Assembly: GCA_012295275.1 (NCBI GenBank)
Contig: CM022677.1
Coordinates: 7,750,001-7,814,000, forward strand
Direction of reading: 5' to 3'
Source: Chrysomallon squamiferum
Taxonomy: Eukaryota > Animalia > Mollusca
Length of the DNA: 64,000 nucleotides
Part shown: positions 42,553 to 54,819 of the stretch, piece after piece
Position numbering within the stretch: the stretch's first letter is position 1
How the letters are laid out: every line of letters starts with the position of its first letter
Position numbers and translations under genes: made by a program
Notes under the pieces: model-generated
Seen by the model: the letters and a program-made list of their open reading frames with translations, nothing else
Database searches by the model: none
Told to the model about the DNA's origin: nothing

Positions 42553-43549
42553 GCCAGTGTAAACATCTGGGATCAACATTTTCTTAAAAAATATAATTAC
42601 CTACAAACTAGACAAAACTCTGACTCAGCAAAATAAAAAACAGTCTGTACATTACAAACAACAACAACAACAACAAAACAGAAAGCCAAATGAGTGAAAA
42701 AAAAAAAAAAAAACAAAAACAACAACCTATCTCACATTTTAAGTATATACCAAAATATATTACCAGGATACAAATACAAAATTTAAAAAACAATGTTTAC
42801 AACAAGATGCATTCACAAACAAAGGCAAGCTGTTGATGTCAGTTTATGGATCAAAAAATAACAACCAAACTGGACCATGACTACAATTAAAACCAATAGC
42901 TACAACTACCAACTGAAATTGAAATGTGAGGTCACAGTATGGCCTCTGACAGACACACAACAAAATGTACACAGTGATATAACTCAAGTCATTAGCATGC
43001 AGCTACTGCAGTGTCCATCACCATAGAAACTCCAGCCAGTTCTGATACCTCGCAAAACATGTGAACTTTCAGGAACTACACGAAGAAAATTGTAAACAGA
43101 GCCCCATAAAAATAAATAATTTCAACAAAAGAACCTCCATTAACACAAAACATATCTCTCACATGATAAACACCTAACACAGGACTTTTCATTCTTGTTT
43201 GTCAAATTTAATACAAATGTTTGATTAAATAATTTCTAAAAACATAACTTAAAATAACAAAATCATACAGGTTAAACAAAAAATAAGAATAAATAGCATA
43301 CAGAGGATCAAACAAAACAAAAAGCAATACAGCAGTACAAAACAATTATATAAATTAATTAATTAATAGACTAATTGACTCACCAGCTGATAGACTGGCT
43401 GACAGAACTTTAGAACATATTTTTAAAATTCCACATTTTCTTGACACAAGGAATTAAACTGGTTCTGGCTGGAGTGGGCTGTTTGGAATGTGAAATTTCT
43501 GTTAAAACAATAAATGAAAGTCTGTTGCAGGAAATGAACTCAGAAGATG
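42553..43549. repeat. ~1-kb inverted duplication arm, partner at 53843-54819
   Basis: Near-identical reverse complement (the same ORF MTQGIKLVLAGVGCLEC appears on opposite strands), with scattered differences toward the distal end. Confidence 0.95.
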
Positions 43550-44515
43550 TTGACCAAGACAGGTTATACCAGCTTCAGAAATTACAATTTTACACTTGTC
43601 TACCAATGTGTTATAACTTTTCCTTCTGCTTCCACAATGTGTAGGTGCTCAAATTCCTCTCCAAACACTCTCATTTTCTCTTCTGCTGGAAGACTGGCAG
43701 TTTGCTCTATCTTCTCACTGTTAGCACTGCCAGCAGAGATCTGTTTTGGGAAAATAAAAAGAACACCTATGTTCCACAGACTGATAAATGATGACCTAAA
43801 AAGGATTAAAAATAACTTCAGTGTGAATGACATCAAACTGAAGAAGACAGCTTTTTCTTAAAAATAGAAAACAAAACAAAATTTTAAATAACAAACAAAA
43901 GCATATGCAATATAAAATCAATTAATCTAAGAATTAATACAATATCCTTATAATTATATTTACTTATATGTTTCAGACCAGATTCCAATAAATATCACTT
44001 AATCTGACAGAAAAATTACACATCATTCAAATGAATTCTTACCCTGTGCAATAGCAGTCTGTTGATACTCCCTCCAAAGTGAAGATTTAGTCTCACATGC
44101 AGACAGTGTTTCAAATTACTCACTTTGAATCCTGCAACTGACTCAGACAAAATTAGTCATAATCTTGATGAAAATGCAGCAGAAATTGAACTATCCTTTC
44201 TCTGCCTTCACATGTAAAGGTATGTAAATTAATTTTCTTCTGCCAGATGTCTTTTCTCTCTTGAGTTACCATTCAGTCTGCAATACTTCAATAAAGCTGT
44301 GAGTTTGTTCTGACTAATGCTGTAAACAAACAATAAAAGATATAAGCAGACACCCCCTCCCACACACACACATTCAAATGTACTCTATAAAAATGAAGGA
44401 GAAAATACAAATTACCTGCTGCTTAAATAGAAAAAAAACTAATGAAAAAACCACACAAGTTCTCTCTGCTTTGTTCATCAGAGTGCTTTGTAGACCTGCC
44501 ATATCCTTTTCAGAT
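43384..44515 (-). mobile_element. Decayed intron-containing Sola-like DDD transposase remnant
   Basis: ISQNKLTALLKYCRLNG...VAGFKVSNLK..SACETKSSLWREYQQTAIAQG | intron ~43858-44042 | EKAV..RSSFISLW...PKTDLCWQC...ASLPAEEK...EHLHIVEAE...FHIPNSPLQPEPV*FLVSRKCGIL. This matches, from memory, an invertebrate transposase family with DLCxxC and PLQPGPIYF..RKCG motifs. The superfamily label is inference. Confidence 0.65.
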
Positions 44516-44954
44516 GCAAAACAAAAAAAATCTAAATTCTTATAATACTGATACAGTGATACAGTGGTAAATTATTTGCAATAACTGTCCTAATCTATAT
44601 ATATAAAAATCATTTTAATGAGTGTTGTTTATCAAGATAAAATATTACATTTTCATTTAACATTTAAAAATTTCTGATTTCCAAATTTAATTTATCTGTC
44701 TGTATACCAAATGTAATTCTCTAACATGAATAAATAATATTACTTCAGAAGAACTTAATTTTTTCTTCTTCTAAAGAATATCTATTACTGACATTTTCAA
44801 CTTGAGACAAATGTCATACTTGTCTTTCAAGCTGATGATTATGCACGTTAGGTCAGTAAGTACAAGGAAGGCGTTCAATCTTTCTTTTTACTATTTATTC
44901 ATTATTTATTTATTTATTTATTTATTTTTATTCCGGGTATGTAACCCTACCGGA

Positions 44955-45195
44955 ATTGAAAAGGAAAAAACAATAGCAAATACACGGTTATAGAGTTATC
45001 TCCCATGATAACTTGTTTCCGTTAACCAACCGATAATTCTTTAACTTAAAGCTCTAAAAGTTCGCTAGATTTGTTGGTTGGCTTCAATTGAGCCAATGAA
45101 ATGTCCAATTGAAAAGGAAAAGCAGTAGCAAACACTTTGTTACAGTGTTATCTCCTATGATAACTTGTTTCGTTAACCATCCGATAATCCTTTAA
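44955..45195 (+). repeat. Two ~90-bp direct copies, period ~152 bp
   Basis: AATTGAAAAGGAAAA...GTTATCTCC.ATGATAACTTGTTTC..TTAACCA.CCGATAAT at 44955 and 45107. Confidence 0.85.
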
Positions 45196-46074
45196 TATAC
45201 GGGTTGGAAATGTTCACTGTAGCATTAGTGTTTATAAATAGATATTTTATTTGAAATAAATATTAGCGATAAAAAATATTAATAGTGGCTCGTGTGTTAT
45301 AACATATAGAAAAAACAGGTCACCCAAATAATATTTTTTGGGCAACATTCTCAATGGTTTTTACATTCCAGTCGCCTAAACAGAACTTTGGTCACATTTC
45401 GAGTCCTTCATAATTATGTCTCATATTAAGAAATCTGTTTGAAATATAAACTGTTATTTTAATACTGTTTAAATATTTCACTTAGAATATGTCACTAATT
45501 GCATCTCAGGAAAATGTCCACAGATCTTGGATTCAAAAAATATAGTCACTACTGAGCCACCACATATAACATCTACCGTAGCACACGACATAGATCATAG
45601 ACCCACTGTAATAGTCCAGCATTAAATCCTCGTAAACATCTCCCCGATAATGAAATCAGTTTTGTAAACCGTAAGTGAGAATGTTGATCGAGTGATCACT
45701 TCTCTCCTTCCATTTACTTGTCGCCCTTGTATTGAGACAGAGCGGGATGTGAATGTGACAGCTGACGACAGACATCATCACAAGATGTAAATGCTGCTCC
45801 TGTAAGACGCTCATCTAGGTCACGAGCTAGTCAGCATCGTAATCCTTATAACCTACCCCTCTCTGCATTGTCGAGGATGGCGAAATTTCGAGAATAGAGA
45901 AATAATAGCCATTGGTTCCTATTCTATAAAGCTTAGATTATGTAATGTTTCAAAGTATTTAGTGTGGAGTAAAAGCTAGCAAGATATATTAACCTGACTA
46001 CTTCTTATTGGGAGATTTCATTATCACGAAGTGTATGGTTATGTGATATGACCATATATGGTAACTGCTGAATT

Positions 46075-46535
46075 GCGTTTTGGGAGGTTCCATTAATCCC
46101 GTGCGGATAATTAGTGTATGAAAGCTTAGTGAGTACATCTCACGTAAGGGACATAACTCTAACCTAAGTTTCTGAGTACATCTCACGTAAGGGAAATAAC
46201 TCTAAATCGATATATTGTTTTCTTCGCGGAGTAAACTTCTCCCACATCCGGGTGATACGTCACGGCTTATGATCTTTTTATATATACAAAAGTGATTTTT
46301 CCACAATCGTGGATCGAATCTCGGCGTTTCTGGATGTTCCATATATCCAGTACGGATAATTAGCGTACGTAAGCTTAGTGAGTACATCTCATGTAAGGGA
46401 CATAACTCTAATCTATGTTTGTGAACACATATCACTAAAGGCAGATAACTCTAATCGATGTAATTTTTACTTTGCTCTGTGAGTACATCTCACGTAAGGG
46501 ACATAACTCTAATCTATGTTTGTGAACACATATCA
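46075..46535 (+). repeat. Cluster of GAGTACATCTCACGTAAGGGACATAACTCTAA motifs
   Basis: Copies at 46131, 46174, 46380 and 46481, plus a variant at ~46423. 46080-46160 is duplicated at 46330-46410. Confidence 0.85.
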
Positions 46536-46539
46536 AAAG

Positions 46540-47690
46540 AGAATTGATAGTGATACAGGTATACAGACAGATAAGTTATTGGTAGAGAGAAGGAGACAAA
46601 TGATAGAGATATAGATAAAGAGTCACGGAAAAATGACAGATAAAGGTAGAGAGAAAAAAGATGATAGAGATAAAGGTAGAGAGACAAGTGATAGAGATAT
46701 AAGTAGAGACAAACAAATGATTGATAGTCTGATTCATGGGATAGACAGATGTAGTTAGACAAGAGACACGGGTACAGAGATACGGGTACAGCGAGGCATG
46801 CGATAGAGATAGAGAGTCAGAAACACGTATTAGTGATGTAGGTAAAGAGAAGGAGCCAAGTCATTGAGATATAGGTAGAAAGACAAATGATAGAGATAAT
46901 GATTAGGCATTGATAGAGATATAAGTTGAGAGATGGAGACAAATGATAATGATAAATAGAGAGAAAAAGGCAAGTGATAGAGATAATGGTAGAGAGATGT
47001 ACAAGTACTAGACATGCTGGTAGAGAATCAGAAGCAAGCAATAGCAATATCTGTAGACAGAGAGAAGTGATAGAGATATGGTTCAGAGACAGACGTTATC
47101 AAGGTACAGAACGAGATAAAGATAGAGATAGAGAGATAGATAGAGATAGAGAGATAGATAGATACGTAGAGGGACAGATGTGATAGAGGTAAAGATAGCA
47201 AGAAGCAGAGCCAAATGACAGAGAAGATAATAGGTAGGAAGGCTGAGTCATGGGACAGACATAGATAGAGAGACAGAGAGAAATAATCAAGATATAAATA
47301 AAGAGATATAGATAGAGAAAGTCACGGGATAGAGATATAGGCGTAGACAGAGACAGAGGCAAGTGATAGAGATATAGGTGGAGAGACAGAAAAAATAGAG
47401 AGAGTGATATAGACAAGTATTAGAGATATAGCGAAAGGGACAAGTGACAGAGATAGGTGGAGAGACACAGACAGGTAATTGACATTTAGGCAAAGAGTGA
47501 TTTGGGATACAGATATGGTAGAGAGACATAGAAATGACACATTTATCAGAAGAGAGACATAGAAGTGATAAAGGCAGAGTGAGAAACAAATGATAGAGAT
47601 ATATTCACTATATAGATGAACTGATGATGAATGATGAAGAGACAGGTTGATAGATAGACAGACAGGAGGACAGATAGTGAAAAGCATGGT
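46540..47690. repeat. Purine-rich degenerate GATA/GAGA/GACA low-complexity tract
   Basis: Seen directly. It is the source of many spurious minus-strand ORFs. Confidence 0.85.
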
Positions 47691-49581
47691 TACATGGATT
47701 GTAGATGTTATAATAAGGCCGACTGGTTAGACTAACATACAGAAAGACAGACTGAACAGGCAGACAAACATGCAGACAGCGAGAGAAAGATTAATGGACA
47801 GAATAACAGATTCGGACAGTTAGAGACACAGATTAGAGTGACAAATATGTTCAAATACAGAGCAGTCTAAAGAGAGATTGAAAGAGAGAAAGAGAGATGG
47901 ATAGAAACAAACACATAGATAGCTAGATTGATTGATTATATGGACAAACAGCTGGACAAAGAGACTGAAGGTTTTAATATCTGTAAGTTTAACAGAGAGA
48001 CTGATGAACAGACCCACAGTGTTGACAAATTTACAAATTTACAGAAAGAGAAGAATAGATGAATAGATGAACAGACAGACAGAGAGTCAGAAAGACAATT
48101 AGAATGCTGGATGAATTCAGAGATTGAAAGAAAGAAAAATAGAAAAATAGATATGGAAATTTATAGAAACCGGTATGGCAAGGAAATGATATGCTGCTGC
48201 ATCAAATTATCAACCAGATGTGTTCAAACTGATTTAATGTTGTGATAATGAAACAAAAATTATCATACAGACATTTAAAATGCAACAAATGCTGAATAAA
48301 AGCAAAATAAAATTGTTGTAAAACACCTTAATCATACCTAAATTGTTATGTTTATTTTTACCTTATTTTCCTTATTTTCCTTTTCTACCTTTTTTCTTCT
48401 ATTTTTTTCTTATTATTTTCTATTGACTATTTACACCTTACAAAAGGTAAATATTTGTTATTTTTTGTAAAGATTTATTACTGATATTAACGAGCAAAAC
48501 TTAAAATAGTGAGAGGGAGACAGGAATACTGACTTGTTTCTATAGATTTATAACAGCCCATACTCTGGCTCTGTCTCTGTCTGTCTCTCTTAGAAAGCAA
48601 ATAATATAATGTATTAATAATTTCTTTTTATTTCTTTCTTTATTTAGCAAGGAAAAGATACAACAACAACAACAACAACACTACTACTACTACTACTACT
48701 ACTACTAATAATAATAATAATAATACAAAGAAGAAGAATTCGCGATATTTTTCGTCCGAACTGACTCATTTTTAAGAAGATAGTTCTGTAAACGTTCGAT
48801 TTTACTCTGGTTCTAAATAAATTATTACGTTCTCTTGTTTAAGTATTAGTGCCATCGCAAATAAAGTAATAGTAATAATACAGACAAACTTAAATCACCA
48901 TAGCTCTTTACAACAAAGCATTTCATAACATTCTGACCTTTCAAAATACGTCTATACTGCTCAGCTGTTGATGGAATGACTTCCTGTGAATCATTAATGA
49001 ATACACCCAGTGTTTAGTTGCTGCAACATATTTTCTTAATTCGAAAATAAATGTTTTCACTTAAGGTCTGTCTTGTTAACAGATGCTTTACTCGAAACGA
49101 TTTATCTTTTAAATATTATAAAAGCTTTGTATATTTTTGTTATTTGTTTTATAATTTTGTTTTTGAGCTAATACTGGGGAATGTATCTAGGTAGCCAGGG
49201 ACTGGTTGACCTAGAGACTAACAACGTCAGACTAGATTTATTCTTTCATTGTGGAATGTCTTACCATCTCTGTTACTCAGCTTTTTATTAAAACTCTTCT
49301 ATATCGGATATTTAAACACCTCAGTGGACTTTTCTCTTTATTTACGTTTGATTGCCACTGTTTATTTTTAATAGTTTGTAAAGTTTCTGTCTTGTTTATT
49401 AAATTGTTTACTGTGTTGGTAGATAAAGTATAAATTGTCTATTTCAGTCAATGTTTACTTACCCAAGCTGTTTTTATTTTTATATTTATTTGTTGTTGTT
49501 GTTGTTGTTTCATAGTTTTATGAGTATTTTAATATGTTTATTCTTTATACGAATTTTTTAAGCTTTAATGACAACAATAAC

Positions 49582-49638
<57 letters not shown>

Positions 49639-50355
49639 TAAAATCTTTTCGTTAGTATGGCTAATAACACGTTACTGTACAGTATTTATTTACTTAATGT
49701 CTGCTAATATCACGTTACTGTGCAGTATTTATTTACTTAATAATGCTAATCAGAGTTTGCATACAAGATTAATAACTAGTGTCACTTAAAACTGACATTT
49801 AATTAGACTCCATATCGAGATTCTTCCTGAATTGTTTCTGTTCTTTCTTTCTGAAGGCTCATCCACATCCAAAAACTGTATATTTTTCATTTCTTCTTGA
49901 GGAGTGTTTTTTCCTCTGTATCTTACTTTATTCTGACATAATCAAATTATTAATGTAATTTCCATCATATAGATAGAAAGACAGACAGACAAATAGAAAA
50001 ATAGATAGTTACATATAATCAAAGGATAACAGAAACAACATAAAAAAGTGTTTCATACACACACACATACACACACATACATACACGTACACACAAACAC
50101 AAACACATAAACTCGGAGATAAAAACAAATGTACAACAAATAAGAAAAATAAATATAATAACATAAATAAAATAAACGAATAAAATGAAATAGAAATGAA
50201 AGATAAAATAATGAAACGTGTCATTTTATCCCTCCCCCCATCAGTTTAATAACCTGCATATTTTAAACTGATATATATTTAGAATTATATTCATCATAAC
50301 TCTATTTTTATACCAGATATTTAGGTATTCATAACACTAGCAGATACTTTCAAGT

Positions 50356-51840
50356 ATGTATCAGCAGTACATTATTTTAGTTTTGCTTTTATCAGCTGTG
50401 AATTCAGAACTGTTTACGTCCGTATCACATCTGTACAGCTCTGTACTAGCAGGAAGAGACTTGGCAATAGCATTAAGAAATTTCAGTCACTTTCATGAAC
50501 AAGAAACTAAATTGGAAAAGTTGAAAACAATTTCTGATCAAATTAAACATCACTGTTCGATCGCACTAAAAGACCCAAATCGTTACATAGCCAACCCGAT
50601 TGGTGCATTTTTATATATTAAACGTTTCACTTTGGATTGGGAACGAGATGTACAGCCTATTCTTCACGAAAGTATTACGTCCCAGACAGAATTAACCGAA
50701 CTACAAGAAATTCGTGAACATCTTCCAAGTTACGAAGATTTAGAAGGGGTCGCTGCAGCTGTGTTTCGACTTCAAGACACGTACAAATTAAATGCGACAA
50801 GATTAGCAGATGGTTTTATATATGAACGATATATACAGAGATTATCAGCAGAAGACTGTTATCAATTAGGTCGCCTTGCTTACAAAATGAAAAAATACAA
50901 CTATGTTCATATCTGGATGGAGACAAGTCTTGAGAAAGTAAGAACAGAAAAAATTCATGGCTATGAAATACACGGTAGAGAATTAGCGGGACAGATAGAG
51001 CACGTTTTAAATCTGACAAATGAACAGTTAATGTTAGCTCCTGAACTAGAACGTGCTCCGAACGGAAGGAAAAAGTATTCAAGGACAGAAAAGAGAAAAG
51101 AAAATGTCATAGTTAAAGAAAAAACAACTTTCGATGCTCTCTGTCGTGGTAAAGAATTTATAAAAGTACGACAGACACATCGTCTGAAATGTCGCTACCA
51201 TTACAACAACAAAAATCCGCTTCTAATTCTTAAGCCTGCTAAAGAAGAGATTCTGCATTTCTCACCGAAAATTGTTCTCTATCATGATTTTATCAGTGAT
51301 GCTGCAATTGAAGACATTAAAACAGTTTCTTTGCCACTTTTACAACCATCTGAAATCAATCACTGTGGAAAAAATATCAAATCTGAGAAAAGAATTAACA
51401 AACATACATGTCTAGGAAGAGGTTTCATAGAAGTAGACGCGAGAATTCAGAAACGAATTGAAGCAATCACAGGTCTTTCAATGAAAGCTTCAGAGCCACT
51501 TCAGGTGGCAAACTATGGAATAGGCGGACAGTTCACGGCTCATACTGACTATTTCAACATAGCATATTCTTCCGGTGAAAACAGAATTGCCACGTGGTTA
51601 AACTATATGAGTGATGTACAAGGAGGTGCAACAGTGTTTCCTTATCTTGCTGTAAGAATACAACCTAAAGCAGGTGCAGCTATATTTTGGTATAATTTAT
51701 ATCGGAATGGTTCACCTAACAAAATGACAATTCACGGAGCTTGTCCCGTTCTTATTGGCTCTAAATGGGTATCAACTTACTGGATTCTAGAAAAAGAGCA
51801 AGTATTTAAGCGACCATGTTCCACAAATCCAGAAGAATAA
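50356..51840 (+). CDS. P4HA: Prolyl 4-hydroxylase alpha subunit-like protein, 494 aa, intronless CDS
   Basis: Signal peptide followed by ELFTS. N-domain IANPIGAFLYIKRFTLDW and AVFRLQDTYKL. ALCRG, LKCRY and LILKPAKEE. Catalytic domain EPLQVANYGIGGQFTAHTD, NRIATWLNYMSDVQGGATVFP, HGACPVLIGSKW and FKRPC. AATAAA signals at ~51937. Confidence 0.95.
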   Translation: MYQQYIILVLLLSAVNSELFTSVSHLYSSVLAGRDLAIALRNFSHFHEQETKLEKLKTISDQIKHHCSIALKDPNRYIANPIGAFLYIKRFTLDWERDVQPILHESITSQTELTELQEIREHLPSYEDLEGVAAAVFRLQDTYKLNATRLADGFIYERYIQRLSAEDCYQLGRLAYKMKKYNYVHIWMETSLEKVRTEKIHGYEIHGRELAGQIEHVLNLTNEQLMLAPELERAPNGRKKYSRTEKRKENVIVKEKTTFDALCRGKEFIKVRQTHRLKCRYHYNNKNPLLILKPAKEEILHFSPKIVLYHDFISDAAIEDIKTVSLPLLQPSEINHCGKNIKSEKRINKHTCLGRGFIEVDARIQKRIEAITGLSMKASEPLQVANYGIGGQFTAHTDYFNIAYSSGENRIATWLNYMSDVQGGATVFPYLAVRIQPKAGAAIFWYNLYRNGSPNKMTIHGACPVLIGSKWVSTYWILEKEQVFKRPCSTNPEE

Positions 51841-52678
51841 ATGATGCAACTTTTAATGTGAGCAGATCCCAGAAAGAGATTTCTTGCTTATTGATTAATT
51901 TGTTGTTTGTAAATATTTTCCATAGGCATTTAAAATAATAAATAAATAATAAAATATATAGTAAAAGTATTTGTTATTGGATTTTATTGATTTCCTTTAT
52001 TTTTATTTTTTTTTTATTATTATTTTTTTTTTCATCCCTTCTTTCTTTCTTGGTTAATTCCGCAGTATTTTTCAAAGATGCCTGTTTGTGTAAATAATTA
52101 CTCTCGTTCAAAATATAATAATTACGTCCTCTTGTCTCTCGATTTTCTTTAAGGCCTTAGAATCATTGCAAATGCTACTCTTTGCCTTTAGACATAAAAT
52201 ACATCGACAAACCTATATAAACATGCTTGCTCATTGTAACATCTGTTACACTAGTTAATTCTTTGTTCTTGAGATGAAAATTAAACATCGTTTTAACTTG
52301 TAAAAGAGATATATTTTAAAGGATTGTTTAATTAATTAATTTATTTATTTACTAAAAATAATAATAAAAAAAACAACAACAAAATAATCAAATATGCTGT
52401 ATGTGAATATTTATAATTTTTTTTTTTAAATAGTTATCTTTCATAGGTCCGTATGTTTAAAGTATTAAATTTACCAGTGTCTACTTATTTCAGCCAAACG
52501 TCGACAAGTCTCTTTTGATATGCACAGCAAATTTTTATTATCAGTAGTCAATAATGGGTTACACTGCTTGTAATAATTAAATCATATATATATATATATA
52601 TATATTAGCTGTCCATTGTAGATGTAAATTGTCATTACGTATATGATGCGTTAAACAATGAGGTCAATCAAGAAGAAC

Positions 52679-52720
<42 letters not shown>

Positions 52721-52996
52721 CACATACACACAGAAAACAGCTTATTATTTATTAATTCACTGAGTTAAAATAGACTGTCTTATATTTTTGCTTGTTTTAC
52801 TGAATTAAAATGTATAACAAATAAAATATATAAAATTCACCACATTGATTCGGTATTTTCCTAATTCATTTTTATTTTACAGAATTATCATAAATGTCAG
52901 TTCTCGCTGTACATTGCATAAATTATCCTCGAACATTTCAGATGGCCGGTTTGTTGTAAGTATACAAACTGTATTGGTTAAGTCATGAATATATGA

Positions 52997-53043
<47 letters not shown>

Positions 53044-53508
53044 AAAATCTGAATGGACTGACGATACAAACAAACTTTCGTACATTGATTATCTTAAAGT
53101 AGCAAACAAATTAAATCTTCTGCTGCTGTTATCGAAATCAGCTTTTGCAATTAATGTAAAACTTGGAGGACATGACTGAGGAGTTTGGAGAGGAATATGA
53201 AGAAAACGCAGTCGACAGAGACAACTGATAGACCATTAACATTTGTAATAATAAAACAAATATTTCAGTTTTATGTTATTAAATCGGCACTGTCTAAAAC
53301 GGCACACCACGCTGGTCTCAATGAATCCGGTTTTCACAGTCGATTGTCTTTATTTTTATTGCTTGTATTTTATCTTAATAGACACGTTATGTTGTTTACT
53401 GTATATACATTGATATTCCTTGAACACACCTTTATACAGATAGATACGACGTTTCGTTATTAACGATTTTCTGTGATGTGCAATGACGTACACCGTCAAC
53501 TCCACAAA

Positions 53509-53560
<52 letters not shown>

Positions 53561-53642
53561 GTAGCTGAAGGGAGATTACTCTCATATAATTGCAAATAAA
53601 TGTAGATTCTAAGAATCACGAAGAGTTGATTTCTTTGTATAT

Positions 53643-53842
53643 NNNNNNNNNNNNNNNNNNNNNNNNNNNNNNNNNNNNNNNNNNNNNNNNNNNNNNNNNN
53701 NNNNNNNNNNNNNNNNNNNNNNNNNNNNNNNNNNNNNNNNNNNNNNNNNNNNNNNNNNNNNNNNNNNNNNNNNNNNNNNNNNNNNNNNNNNNNNNNNNNN
53801 NNNNNNNNNNNNNNNNNNNNNNNNNNNNNNNNNNNNNNNNNN
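53643..53842. other. Assembly gap (200 N)
   Basis: Run of N. Confidence 1.
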
Positions 53843-54819
53843 CATCTTCTGAGTTCATTTCCTGCAACAGACTTTCATTTATTGTTTTAACAGAAATTTC
53901 ACATTCCAAACAGCCCACTCCAGCCAGAACCAGTTTAATTCCTTGTGTCAAGAAAATGTGGAATTTTAAAAATATGTTCTAAAGTTCTGTCAGCCAGTCT
54001 ATCAGCTGGTGAGTCAATTAGTATATTAATTAATTAATTTATATAATTGTTTTGTACTGCTGTATTGCTTTTTGTTTTGTTTGATCCTCTGTATGCTATT
54101 TATTCTTATTTTTTGTTTAACCTGTATGATTTTGTTATTTTAAGTTATGGTTTTAGAAATTATTTAATCAAACATTTGTATTAAATTTGACAAACAAGAA
54201 TGAAAAGTCCTGTGTTAGGTGTTTATCATGTGAGAGATATGTTTTGTGTTAATGGAGGTTCTTTTGTTGAAATTATTTATTTTTATGGGGCTCTGTTTAC
54301 AATTTTCTTCGTGTAGTTCCTGAAAGTTCACGTGTTTTGCGAGGTATCAGAACTGGCTGGAGTTTCTATGGTGATGGACACTGCAGTAGCTGCATGCTAA
54401 TGACTTGAGTTATATCACTGTGTACATTTTGTTGTGTGTCTGTCAGAGGCCATACTGTGACCTCACATCTTTCAGTTGGTAGTTGTAGCTATTGGTTTTA
54501 ATTGTAGTCATGGTCCAGTAGGTGGCTTTACCCTCCATAAACTGACATCAACAGCTTGCCTTTGTTTGTGAATGCATCTTGTTGTAAACATTGTTTTTTA
54601 AATTTTGTATTTGTATCCTGGTAATATATTTTGGTATATACTTAAAATGTGAGATAGGTGTTGTTTTTTTTTTTTTTTTTTTCACTCATTTGGCTTTGGG
54701 TTGTTGTTGTTGTTGTTGTTGATGTGCAGACTGTTTTACTGTTTGCTGAGTCAGAGTTTCAGGATTAGTGTAGGTAATTCCTTGTAAGAAAATGTTGATC
54801 CCAGATGTTTACACTGGCA
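53843..54819. repeat. ~1-kb inverted duplication arm, partner at 42553-43549
   Basis: Begins exactly at the gap edge and carries the FHIPNSPLQPEPV*FLVSRKCG transposase fragment on +. Confidence 0.95.

Noticed and set aside
46131-46515. CRISPR-like 32-bp repeats
   Set aside because: Spacing is irregular, the intervening sequence is partly duplicated, there are no cas genes, and the context is eukaryotic.
51931-51960. Poly(A) tail and TSD of the P4HA retrocopy
   Set aside because: It is only an A-rich AATA repeat common throughout the window, and no flanking TSD was found. Retro-origin rests on intron absence alone.
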